A stretch of DNA of 63,834 bases, the filler included, from Dimargaris cristalligena (taxonomy: Eukaryota), in assembly GCA_003614675.1 (NCBI GenBank). It is 18 parts of 18 records of this genome, joined end to end, with 100 filler letters (N's around TTAATTAATTAA, not from the genome) between each part and the next. Parts side by side here need not be neighbours in the genome. Positions count along the whole stretch, not along the records: positions 10,752 to 14,229 come from ML003932.1; positions 14,330 to 17,802 come from ML003933.1; positions 17,903 to 21,371 come from ML003934.1; positions 21,472 to 24,933 come from ML003935.1; 14 more parts are not named here. The stretch is one strand, 5' to 3'. Made by a program: the position numbers and the translations under genes. Of the stretch, positions 12,082-25,033 are shown in pieces. The notes beneath the pieces were generated by a model, which saw only the letters and a program-made list of their open reading frames with translations, was not told the origin of the DNA and made no database searches. Within the stretch, counting starts at the first letter, position 1, and every line of letters begins with the position of its first letter.

Positions 12082-12352
12082 GTAAATGTAGCACCTGTTA
12101 ATGAGCAATTCAGTGACTGGGTAGCCAAATAGGATAATAGTTTATTGAAATAAGGAAAATAATGGATTATATAATAGTAATAATTGGGTAATAGGCTGTA
12201 AGTGTACTGCTATGGGAATTGATGGTGACAATAGGGCTAGGTAATTCCATCAATAATGGTCAAAGAGGACATTCAGGCTTTGATGTTTGGTAATAATGAG
12301 TCTACAATGACAAGGAGCTTTTATTACCAATATCAAAAAACTTTGATATGAT

Positions 12353-12897
12353 TGTCACCCAGGTTATCTACTCTTATTCCATCAAGAGTCCCAGGGTTAG
12401 GCTTCTAATGGTAGGCGGGGCTTAGACTTGGACAAGTGGGCTACTAGCATCAGGTACAGGGTGGTACTAACCAAATAAAGGTTTAGTGTGGTTGGATATG
12501 CAAGGGACATGCAGTGGTACACACTTACTGATCAGTACAATGGGTGAGTGTATATGGGGAGTTTATTGGGAGTAAACTAAGGGGGTATAAATAAGCGCTG
12601 GAACTTAACCAGGCCCCCTTGGGACCAGTTATATATATGCAGGGACAACTCCAAAGGGAGGTCCCTAAGGGAAAGTACTATGAAACTAAGGTATCAATAA
12701 TTAGGCCAGCCAGATAGTCCTTGTATCTGGAAGACTCTCATGGGAACCAGAAGAGTCTTAAGATCAATAGCAGAGTGATTATTGTGAACACTGGGGGTCC
12801 AGCCAGATAGTGGGTATATGATAAATGATGGTGCTATAAGGCCTAATATGGTGGGTGATCATCTAGCCCAGATTAGGTCAGATTAGAAGGGCCAACA
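12353..12897 (-). mobile_element. Solo LTR, family A, with 5-bp TSD ATGAT
   Basis: TGTCACC...GCCAACA flanked by ATGAT at 12348-12352 and 12898-12902. Confidence 0.92.
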
Positions 12898-14037
12898 ATG
12901 ATGAAATATTAGTGTATTACTAGTGAAATTATCATAGGGAATATAGTAATAAAAAATGGATATAAAAACCCACAAATTTTCTACCTCAAAAAAAAAGGAA
13001 GTCCTCTAATTTTTCTTCCTCTTTCTTTGAATAATAATGTATTGAAAAAATATTTATTTTTCTCACCATGTCTCCCTCCAATAATCATAAAATAAAAAAT
13101 GTCATCCCTGGGGAACCCTTGACACCCATACTTAGTGAAAAAGGAGGCAAAACTCATCTGTGCAATGTAGGTGCTGACCCATCCCCCACCAACTCCAGCA
13201 TAAGCAAATATGGGGAATAGTCATCTAAGGTCTGCCAGAATGTCAATTGGCCCGTCCTTTATATTGAAGGGCCAAATGGCCAAGTAGAGAAGAGAGTGAA
13301 CCATCACGTCTGCCATCTATGTAGAGAGTCTAAATCCTTAACTAATTTAAGGTTAGGACTGAGTGCAATATCAATAGTGGCTTGGAAGTATGTATATAAT
13401 AGTAGGTTATATGTAAATGAGACTGGGTTGGTTCTAGCTGCATAGCCAGGTTCTTATCCTCTGGGGTGGTTTTACCCTGGGTATGGGTGCTAATCTGTTT
13501 AGTTGGTACTGCAGTTGGTTCAGCATTAACCCTCCTTTAGTATATAGATAGATATAGATAATAATAGTAATAGTAATTAGATGGTAGTTCTAATCAATTA
13601 AGCATGAAGGAGAGTTTGGGATCAGGTGACTAGAAATGCTAATACTAAGGTGTTAGCCCCATACATTTTTACAACAAATATTGGCTTTATAATATAGATA
13701 TAGATTATACTCTGGTGTATATTATATAGCTTATAGATTTAGCTATGAAAAGGAGGGCAGAACAGCAGGTGTGTATACCAGGAAATGGATTATTAAGACA
13801 ATTTAATAGAGGTGTTATCTGTCTTTTCCACCCAGATTTGACAATAAACACTGATGCCAATAGCTGCTATTTAACTAATAAATAGCTATAGGACACACTC
13901 ATAGAACCAGTATATATTGTTGAACTGCATCTCCCTCTCAGTTCCATTTACTATATTGGGTATTTTGAGTTATCCTATTGGTCAAAACTACACCTAATGA
14001 ATATTACTATGATGAGCTTAATTCTCACCTTGTGGTT

Positions 14038-14229
14038 TATCAGCCTTCCTAATCTGACTTAATCCAGTCCTAATAATTGCCCATCCTTATTAGGCCTTAT
14101 AGTACCATATTAACCCTCCCATAGTCACCCCTGGTACTATGGGTCATCATTTATTATATAACCCTGCCCATTGTGACCCCAACACTTTGCACCCCAAATA
14201 CTCCACTTGCTGATCCAAGTCTCTTCCAG
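14038..14229 (+). mobile_element. LTR family A, 5' part
   Basis: TATCAGCCTTCCTAATC...; truncated by the contig end. Confidence 0.8.
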
Positions 14230-15723
14230 NNNNNNNNNNNNNNNNNNNNNNNNNNNNNNNNNNNNNNNNNNNNTTAATTAATTAANNNNNNNNNNNNNNN
14301 NNNNNNNNNNNNNNNNNNNNNNNNNNNNNAGCTTTTCTCACATATATTCGCCCGTGCACGTATTATGTCAAACCTTATACAGCTGGTTTGAATTTCATCC
14401 ATATTCTTCTGATCGGGCCGTCATCTGCCTTTTAATGTCATCGGTTTAGGGATTTGCCGGAGAAACACCACCTTTGGGACTAGGTGTACTTAGGTTAGCA
14501 GATCCGACATAGCGGCATTTGATAACTCACAGTAGCAACCATAATTACTGGCTTACCATATTAATTTAGATATGACCTGTTACTTACTCTCACCCACATT
14601 GGTGTGGACGTAGGCACATATATTGGTATCGCCCATTTCAAATGAGGGTAATGTCTGATGCGTCTCGACCTGATTACGGCAATAGCTTGCTTTGAAGTGT
14701 ACTTGGTTAGATTTGAAATGAAGGCTCGACCTTCTAGTAAAAGGCACAGATGGCACACCTATTCAACGAGGAACAGCACATTTGATTTACAATAAATCCG
14801 GCGTCCGTTTAAAATAAAAGTATTTTCAATTTGGCCTACTTAACATCAACCTGTACGTTCGATCCCTTTCGCGACATAAATATGTACAATGGGAAAGCCA
14901 AGATAAGAAGCTGCTATAAGATTGACCCGACCCTCAACTGCTTAATATTCTTCGCCAATGGTCTCGCCGATTACCTTGGGTTCCGGTGGCTCTGCTTGCT
15001 GGCCAGAGTCAAATAATAAAATCATATGTAGTACCGAAAATGATCAAAGCAATTGAGTTGATACCCCCCTTTAGGAGCATGTTCGTTTTCTGTGTTATTA
15101 CAAGTAATTACATGGAGTTTACCAATCATCGTTTTTATCCATTACTTTGTGCCTGACTAGGTAATAGATAGCGGGGACAAATAATTGTATGTTGGCAACT
15201 TGTTTAAAACTATTTCACCTACAGATTATGCTATTGATGAATAAGCAAATGAGATGAGTATTATATTGTGGAGATATAGCAAAGGAGATGTAACAAAGAA
15301 ATATAATAGCAGTGGGAATGCTAGTAAACTAAGAGAACATTTACAAGGTAGCCAGAGCACCTTTTATCAAGTCGGTTTTAATTCTGTTATGCATGACTGT
15401 TAGCACCTAGCAGTTTCGGGGTTGCACCCATCAAGCAGCATAGTTTTGGGATGGATCCAGCGGAAGAGAGGGGGCGTGGTGACATCCTATCCAATATGCT
15501 TTTGTTAATGAATGCCTCGGAAGTTGGGTTGTTGTAACGGTAGACCGGGGTCACTCTTCGTCCATGACCGGGGTTTCTGGTTAACTGACCCTCCGGTTGT
15601 TGTGGTTCCAAAGCATGTTGTCGCCAGACAAGGGTGGTGACATGTCAGTCTCAGTAGGACTGTGGTCGGTCGTCAGTTTAGATGTAACACTATCTACAAT
15701 ACATTTGAAAATATATACAGGCA

Positions 15724-16013
15724 CATCACTATGACTAATCCCTCTTAATCTACTAAGAACCCTTGAGGGAAGGCTTCTATTGGGAACACTAAAGAGGCGG
15801 GTTGAAGGACGTCAGTATTCATAAAACTCTAATTGGAATACCAGAGGGTTTGAATTAACGCTTTATGTGATGGGTAGGGCATTGTGGTGGTGAATTGGGG
15901 TAAACCAGGTGAGCTCCACGGCACTACATTACCATACAAAGATATTAGGGTAGAATGAGGCCAAATAGGGATGGACATATGACCCAGGTCTGACTTAATC
16001 AAGTTCGCAGACA
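15724..16013 (-). mobile_element. Highly degenerate, internally deleted LTR family A copy
   Basis: CTCTTAATC...AGGCTTCTA near one end and AGGCCAAATAGGGATGG...GACA at the other. Confidence 0.45.
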
Positions 16014-16463
16014 CATATTTAAGTAATATTTACTTAGAAATTGTAAATTGAAATAGTACTTTTGATAAGAAACGTAAGCCCAATTCTCAGGCTCACTACC
16101 AAAGGCATCTCTTTTATGGTGATATCTAAGCCCAAGAACCAGTTCCACTAACCTTATACACTGAGCAAATTCTGTGGATTATGTTGTCAGTGCCACTGTT
16201 CTACTTGGTGCTGGCCTAGTACTCAATATCTACAGCTGTTAACCCCAAACTTATAGGTATATCACCAAGTTATTATTTACTTGCTCTTATATTCAATATA
16301 GAGTAATGTGCACTATTTAGGACGGATTTTCTGCCTTAGTTGTGGCCTAAATTAGCTATGTGTATGCTATAACTAATGTTACATGGCACTACCCAGTATC
16401 AGAGTGGTTATTTCTCGACTTTCAACTACCACTTGGAGGCTCTTTGGATACACATTTATCATT

Positions 16464-17047
16464 TGTAAGACCTACTAATCTGACTTAATCCAGGCACAGT
16501 AAACACCCATCCCAACTAGGCCATATAGAGCCATATGTAACTTCCCATGGTCACCCCCAGTGCTATGGGATCCTCCTATATCATATAACCCTCCCCCTTC
16601 TGGACTCCACTTCTTTACACTAATCACTCCATTGCTGATCCAAAGACTCTTCTGGTTACCATTAGAGTCTTCCAGGTCCTCATGGCTGTCCAGTTGGCTT
16701 ATTCATCATATTATTGGTCTAGTAGTATCTCCTCTTGGGGCCTCCCTCTGGAGCTGCCCCCCACATATATATAACTGGGCCCCCTTGGGACCAGTTAAGA
16801 TTCCTTAGCTTATTCTTATCCCCTAGTTTACCTCATATAAACTTTATATGCACTCACCCCCATGTACTGACCAGTAAGTGTGCCCACTGCACATCCCTTA
16901 CATACATGATTGCCTATGCCTTTATTAGTTAGTACTGTACCCCTACCTGACATTAGTAGCCTGCCTAGCCAAGTCTATGCCCCACCTACCATTAGAAGCC
17001 TATTCCCAAGACTCTTGATGGACTAAGAGTGGTAAATTTGGGTGACA
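16464..17047 (+). mobile_element. Solo LTR, family A
   Basis: TGTAAG...GGTGACA, flanked by TCATT and TTATT (a TSD with one C>T change). Confidence 0.88.
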
Positions 17048-17677
17048 TTATTGAATGTAATATTCTTATGGTACCCATTAGCATACTAGGTACACACATA
17101 TACCTCCTTGTACCACTTTCATTATATAGTTCAGAGGGTTGGACTTTGCTGGGTTTGAGGGGGTTGAGACTGAGTTAGCCTTGGGGAAGTTGCCGCTGAT
17201 CTTCTGGTCATCCATCACACTGTATATTGTTATCACATGTCATCAGTTGATAAGAAAAATAAAATAAACTGAAAACATTATTAAAAAAATGTTATAATCA
17301 AACAGTATAATCAATTCAGTACTCAGAGATACCATAACTTTGAACTAAGTTAATGAAAGTGAATAAATAGGAGTAGTGGCAATAAAATAATCAATAATGA
17401 AACTGGGTAAAAGGTTAATCATTAGTATCATCTGGTGAAGTTAAAACATATATTTATTTATTTATCTTGAAACTAACTTGCCCCTTCAACTGAGGGGATG
17501 CTGCTAAGGTATATATAAGAAATCAACCAAACTAAATAACTATCACTAAGAAATAAGGCTGTAATAATTGTGGGTCATAAAAAACCTATAATAGGGGAAA
17601 AAATTGACCTACTGGCCAAACTATAGTTGTGAATATGTTAAATGGAAGTAAAATGTAGAAATTGGAAGGTTGGAAGA

Positions 17678-17802
17678 TGTAAAGAACTGGAATCAAATCC
17701 TTGAAAACTGAACTTTATTTGAAAATATAGATGATAAGAAGGGAAAGTTGATAATAGACTTGCTGTTCCAAGAGGTGACAGCAAGGGGGAGTATTTATAC
17801 TT
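17678..17802 (-). repeat. LTR family C, 3' end
   Basis: Reverse complement of GTATAAATACTCCCC...AATAAAGTTCAG...TTCTTTACA. Also at 42704-42764, ~49860-50061 and 60402-60555. Confidence 0.75.
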
Positions 17803-17902
17803 NNNNNNNNNNNNNNNNNNNNNNNNNNNNNNNNNNNNNNNNNNNNTTAATTAATTAANNNNNNNNNNNNNNNNNNNNNNNNNNNNNNNNNNNNNNNNNN
17901 NN

Positions 17903-18133
17903 GCCAGGGGCAGTGTGAATGCAGGGGTATCATCCGGTCAGGGGCAGGGGTACATCATAGACAAGTGTATAAAATATAATAATAGAAAAAACAATATAGT
18001 AATGAAAATGGAGGAAAAATGACTATACTTGTCAGGGGCAGGGGCTCATTCACTTGTCAGGGGCATACTTCCAATAAGTACGAAAAATGGATTAAAAATA
18101 AAAGTAGGTAAAAAATGTGGTAAGTTTACTACA
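17903..18133 (+). repeat. LTR family B, 3' end, inserted into a family A LTR (remainder 18134-18198)
   Basis: The family B end TTTACTACA abuts CCACCTACTATTAGAAG...GGGCAACA, which is the family A 3' end. Confidence 0.75.
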
Positions 18134-19564
18134 CCACCTACTATTAGAAGCTTACCCCTAAGACTCTTAACAGACTAAGAGTGGTTAACTTGGGCAACAC
18201 TGGTAGAGGACCATATTGAACAGTCTCTCAAAGGATTGCCTCTGTACCCCCATCAGCTATAGACCCACCTGCACCTTATGAAGGACTGTAAGGCACTGTG
18301 GAAGGAATGGACCCCCACCCACAAAGGGCCACAGACAATCAAGTCATCACACCACAAAGGACCATGGAGACATACCCCTAAGATACCCAACCATAAAGGA
18401 CTATAGAAGTGCACCTCCTAACAATGCCCACCCCCTCTGAGGATGAACTCAGAACTGCCCAAGTACAGCAATACATCAATTAACCAGTGCCAAACCATGG
18501 AGTATGCATTTTATAAGGCTACTTATGAAGCCTCCTGAGATCAGTCTTATGAGAAGCCCAAATTCAAGCAGAACTATCTCTTATTAGAGACTTCCAACTA
18601 CACTCAAATCCAGGAGACCTGATACCCCCCCACTAACCCTCCCTGACAGGTACACCCTGAGACCAGACAGTGACCCCTACCAACTCACTGTATGTTAGAG
18701 TAACTAAATATATTCAGTTACATAATGAATAATAACAGAACCACAGTTCACCCTCTGGCACTTGCATGCTGGGGCCCAACTATCCACTCCCCCAAGCAAT
18801 GGCTGACAATGATACACCCATCTCAAGTTGCACCTACCAAGGCACCCAGGCAACAGCTACCACTAATGAACCCCCCACCCTCACCAGCTTGGAGGCCCGA
18901 GCTAGTCAAAGGAGGGAGGAGACTGTCCCGGTAACCCAGCCCACACACCACACCCAAGGACAGCCTGAAACTAGTATTCCGACAACCATCCCAGTCAACC
19001 CAGACAATACACCTGAACTCCACCACTATAACAAGTAGAATAAAGTAACCCCACTGTGCATCAAGATCAGTAATTCACTGAGTACTAATATATCACAGCC
19101 CCCAAACCCAACCCTGCCAGCCCTGGCATGCAACCCCAACCTGTACTAAGAAATCTTAGCAATGCTCTAGGAACAAAGTGCCACACACTCCCAGACCCAA
19201 GAATGACTAGTGGATAGCATCATTCAGATTACCAATTGAATGCAGGGCATAGAGGAGCAATAAGCCACCCTCTAACAGCTAGAGAACTCTACATAAGAGA
19301 CATTACACTAGATTGAGGCAGCTCTGGCTACCCGCCCAGGGAATGCACTGCCCGTATCTACCTCAGTGACTCCACCAATGCCCCAAGCCCAGCCCAACCC
19401 CAAATGAGCACCCCAATCTGAAACAACTTGCCATGAAGTAGCTACCAAAACCCCCAGTTCCAACTCCTGTCATTCAATGATACCCAATACTATAATACAC
19501 AGGAACAGCTTACTCCATGCACACCCAACTGTGCAGCCCCATAACTACCCCCATCCTCCACCAG

Positions 19565-20144
19565 TATCACCCAAGTTAATCACTCTTAGTCTGTCAAGAG
19601 TCTTGGGGGTAGGCTTCTAATGGTAGGCAGGCTTAGACTTAGCTAAGCGGGCTACTAGTATTGGGGAGGGGGTAGTACTAACCAATAAAGGCAAGTGCAA
19701 TAACTATGTAAGGGACGTGTAGTAGTGCACACTTACTGGTCAGTATAAGGGCCGGTAAGCATATATAGGAGTTTATTGAGTAAACTAAGGGGGTATCAAA
19801 ATAAGCTAAAGAATCTAACTAGTCCAAATGGGCCCGGTTATATATATGCAGGGGACTACTCCAATGGGAGGTCCCAAGGGGAGGAACTATATAACTAAGC
19901 TATCAATGAGTAAACTGGCTGGGTGGTCCTTATATTGGGAAGACTTCCATGGGAACTGGAAGGGGCCTCGGATTGATGGTGGAGTAATTAATGTGAACAC
20001 CAGAGAGCCCAATTGGCGGGGTTATATAATAATGGTTGTCCCCATAGTACCGGGGGTGACTATGGGGGGTTCAATATGGCACTATAAGGCCTGATATGGC
20101 AGATAATCATCCAGCCAGATCAGGTCAGATTAGGAGGGCTGACA
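19565..20144 (-). mobile_element. Solo LTR, family A
   Basis: TATCACCC...GGGCTGACA, collinear with the other copies. Confidence 0.85.
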
Positions 20145-23100
20145 ATGTTCTAGGGTAGCTATAATCTGCCCCCCTGGTATACAGCTGTAGTATTCTCTTC
20201 CCTTCTTTCTACCATGATTTGTTTAGTGGGTGTGTCACATTAGAGAGCACCCCCCTCTGGGTTCATTCCTATCCCTTTTCTCCCAAAAAAAGGAGATGAG
20301 GGGTGGGGGAGGTGACAGGAAGTGTCTACTTTTTATTATATTCAACAAAATCCGCATCCAATTGCATTTTTTAACTGTTGTGACCTTTCTTTTTTTCCCC
20401 ACTTATTTCGAGTCACTGACCATCCCGAACTCTTTAAATCATATTCACTGTCTATAAAAAATAAGTGTGCAGTACCCCTCCCCCATACCAGTTGAATACA
20501 TAAAAGGGTTTACCATATTGTATGTGCTTTACCTTGGTGATTTTATTAAGGCATCAGAAGAGGACCTATCCATTGCTTATAAGATTAGAACACGGTCTGG
20601 AAACATCACTACTCTAAAGAGGTCCTCTGATTCATCTCCAGTTGTCAAGCGATACATCCTTGCAAGCTATGCCGAGGTTCTCTTATAAATCTAGCTTTAG
20701 GCTTCTAGATTTCCCATGGTGGGAAGAACTTATCCCCAATACCCCTTCTCCCCCCCACCTTGTGTTATTATCCACATATTATCCTACCATTCCAGTAAGT
20801 CCACTGCCTTGTTGCCGAGACACTCTTTCTGCTACCGTATCAAAGTCAGGCCTTTGCAGCCATCAATGTATAATAATATGGGTGCCAAAGGCATCGTCGA
20901 GACTTTAGTGGTGCTGCTACAGGTGAATAGGCCACTGTGGAGGTTTTGTCTTTCTGAAGAGGATGAGGCATCCCTTCCCGATTTCTCACCCACTTCCTCC
21001 AACACCCTCCCAGGTAAAGCCACTTCAGAGAGCTTATTAAATGAATACATCTGGTAAGGAGGGAAGGTGGGTGGGTTCTACTCTACTCTCTCCATTGGCT
21101 GATACTTCACACCATCCCCCCGGGTTATCTCGAGATAAACATATCTGATGTCCCAAGGAATGGAAGGAGGGGGTGATCCGGGTGACCAACAACACAAAGT
21201 CTAAATAAAACTGGGCCATCGGACTGAGATGTATGGGATGAGAAGGAGGGTGTGTGATATCTGCACCAGGTGACACAGAAACCATAAGCCCAAGGCAGTG
21301 ATGGGGACGGTGTGGCAAGGTGTACTGTCCCCCTATAAGCCACACTAATTATATCACTATTATTATTATTANNNNNNNNNNNNNNNNNNNNNNNNNNNNN
21401 NNNNNNNNNNNNNNNTTAATTAATTAANNNNNNNNNNNNNNNNNNNNNNNNNNNNNNNNNNNNNNNNNNNNTACTAAAAAAATACTGCAACTGGTGAATA
21501 CTATACGTAGTTACCAAGAAAGGGGCCAGATAACGCCTTTCAGATGCCAGTAGCTAGTAATAGAGAATGAGTAGACACGAATCGGCATACCAGGTCTGGC
21601 AAGCAAACCCAAGTTAAAAATGGGTTAGTCTGGAGCATGTTGACCTTTTGCGTAGATACACCTGTCAACCTCGCATGTATTCATGAATAAAGGCGGGAAG
21701 AGCAGGCAGGATTGCAATAACTGCGTATCGGCCGATTTTGCAGGGCTTTACACAAATGCCGTAGGTGATTGTGCAGTGACCATTGGTAGATTCCGCTTGT
21801 TCTCTAACATTCCACCCTGGAGATATGGGTATTTCATATATTTAACTATGAACTGTCAGCTACTTCCAGGCCCAGTACTCGGGACTTAGCTGGAGGTTAG
21901 AGGTGATCCACGGGATTGACAAATCTAGCTGCTATTATAAGAGTGATAGTGGTATGGGGTGCACCAATAGCATGAAGATAATGATTCTGGGTAAGGCATT
22001 ATATAGTCACCTGGTGACCGGTACATACCGAAGTGACTGCTCGGGACTGGGTGGCAGGGTGTGTCTTTGTGGTGAATTTTACACATTTGGACTTAGTAAT
22101 CGTCATGTCAATGAGAGTGGATGCCGGTACAGTGGCAGCAGTGGCCTGGGGCACAGTGGTGGCACAAGGGCTAAGTTTAGGAATGAGGGACTGGTTAGCC
22201 ATAGTCTGGTCAAGATTGATAGGAGCAACTAGCGGGGTTAGGAAGGCGGGATGGGTCTGAGTGGTAAAATTCGCAAATCTAGTTGTAATGTACTCGTTGG
22301 GTTTTTATCTGATGCTTTGGCGAGCAAGTTGTTAAGCGGGTACCAGATTTATATGCAACCACGCTGTTTGTAAGCAGCCGATGACAAACATATGCATGCA
22401 GCCTATAGACACATATTTGCCAGTTCAGACCGTACTTACGCGGTGCCGGAGGACGGCAGGAAGTATGCCAGTGTGAAACAAAGGACGGGGGTGCAATATA
22501 TTATTCAGGGACATTATAAGGCTGCGGTGGGGTAGAAACGGCATAGTTGTGGCATTATTGATGGGAGACAGAAGACCAGGAGGGAAGAGTTGGAGTTTAC
22601 TACCAGGGGGCTGTATAAATAATGGCAGAAGCAAACTATACTAGTATACATTAAAAGTAGGCGAGTGGTGAGTAAATAGGTGAGCAGTCGGTGAGGGAGT
22701 CAACAACCGACAATGACTGTCTGGGGATATAGATGTGCCGGTGTGGGTGTGGGTGCGTTAAGTATTATCACGGCAATGGAGATTGGTGGGCGAGAAGGTG
22801 GATTGGGTAAAAAGCACAATAGGGGAGAAGGGGATAGAAAGGCAAAAAAGCCAAACATAAAGGCAGCTTGGGCTTGTTCCTTATATATTTGGTCCTATGG
22901 GAACTGCAGTCCTCAGGGCCACGATCCATGAACCTATTACCTGCTCCCAGTATCATAACTTGGGCTCGGCCATGGAAAAGCTGAATCATAGTGCTTCCAA
23001 ACAGCTTGGCAGATTGCTGCCATAGTACCACAGCCTCTGTTGCCAGGCCTACTTGGCCAACTGAAGATTATTTTTTTGTTTTAGTTTTGCTAAAGACATA

Positions 23101-23379
23101 TTGTAATAATTAGTAAGCCCATTTGCACTTCAGTCGTCTTAAAATAGATGCCATTACCGGGTACCGTTAAAATAATCCGAGGGCTCAGGGGTGGAGGTTT
23201 AAGGAGCCCAGGCAAAATGGGGCTTAGGCAAACCTCACCCACTCTCGATTAGGAACTAAACAGGCTAAATCGATGACCTAGCGAGTGACCATTCTCCATC
23301 TTTCGCCTGTCACTAATATTCCTCAATTGACATCTTCGGGACTCTTGAGTGGGTCTAGTTGCGAGCACCTAATAGATAT

Positions 23380-24050
23380 ATATGAAGTACTAGGTAGCCC
23401 CACTTTCGACGTGCTAGGCTGTAAGGTGTATGAGGCCGGGTTGATGACCATCTCGGGCTGTTTCGACGCCGTGATGGAAGGTCCCAACTTGAAAGGTTTC
23501 TGGATATTCAGGGACGCGGGTTAGACGGTATCGGGGGCGCTGAAACTCGCAGTATGCGTTGGATATAAACGTAGGAAACAAGGAAATAGAATTGCTGAAG
23601 TGCTTATACTATTACTAGGGAAAATAGCAGGGCTTTATTAAAAATGAATGATAGCTTCAAATAGAGAATGTGAGCTTCAGTTGGTGGACGATTTATTTTA
23701 TTTCCTTTGCAGGATTCCGTCGGTATTACATGAAAATTCGAATAGTGTAAAAAATGCTAGCTACGTTGACAAAGTGGATACAGCGATTTTGTAGGAGGCT
23801 ATGATGACTGATTACGTTGGCAATACATCGGCGGTAAAGGTAGTTGCAAAGCTATTATTCGCAGTGATGACAAATGATATCCGTCGTTGTATACGTTGGT
23901 ATGATAAAAAAAAGCTAAATATATTGCTGGTGAATAAGCTATGTGTAGGGTCCCATACCAACCGCTAGCAATCAACCATCTTATGCCAGACGGCACTAAA
24001 AATATGACACTGGGTTCTGCCATAATGCTACAATGCTATATTTACGTTAG
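23380..24050 (-). repeat. Second copy of the degenerate repeat at 7600-8290
   Basis: The reverse complement aligns by eye with 7600-8290. Confidence 0.7.
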
Positions 24051-25033
24051 TCGTAATATGCGACCTTCAACTCAATTCGCTGGCTTGTCCCTGACCCAAA
24101 CTATTATTAGTCGGCGGTTCCAATAATAGCTCGCCTCCCCCAACTTTGGTATTGTTTGTGTTATAAAATACAACTATCCTCCCATGTGCTGTTCGGTAAT
24201 CAGGCTAACCCCGGAATAGATTCCTTCAGAATATGTTCAATCTAATGCCAATTTGGACCAATAGTGCCATGTGGATCCTCTTAAATCCAATGGTTGGCAC
24301 TAAAGAAACTGCGAAGCCCGTTCCGCATCCTCGGCAGCATCTTCAGACGTTCACTAGTCTGGTATTTCCGGTTCATAATAAGTACCTACTTGTCGACGCT
24401 TTAAAGGCTATCCACAATATAAATGTGCTACTTTTTACGATCTATTATCAGTTGTAATACTCCGGCAACTAGTACACTGTATACAGGTTGCAGTCCTCAA
24501 ACTTCACTACATTCTACTACCCATCAAACTTAGCACAGCTGATCTAATAAGTAATTATGCCGTGCCGAGACCCGGTGGACCGGTTGGGTCGGGGATTACG
24601 TCATAAGGGGTTATAGCTGGGCCATTCGGCGGGAGGTTCGGATTGATTGGAAACCCACTGGGGGATGTAAGGGTCGCCACAGTATAGATTGTAGATATAT
24701 TTATTTGAATCTAAAAGATGGAATAGACTGGTTATAATATTTAATAATAATGAACTTGACAATAATGAATGATGGGATTTCAAGATATCAGTAGGCTATT
24801 TCGAACTTCGCCTTAACTGAAAACTACAAACTATATAACGGACTTGGGGTATAGAAATAAACAACTATGCGAGACTCAAACTTTAGATGGTTTGTGTACG
24901 AATTGTTGGTGATGCTGTGTTGTTCCTCAGTTCNNNNNNNNNNNNNNNNNNNNNNNNNNNNNNNNNNNNNNNNNNNNTTAATTAATTAANNNNNNNNNNN
25001 NNNNNNNNNNNNNNNNNNNNNNNNNNNNNNNNN

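Noticed and set aside
15289..15689. Additional solo LTR bounded by TGTAACA
   Set aside because: There is no TSD and no second copy in the window.
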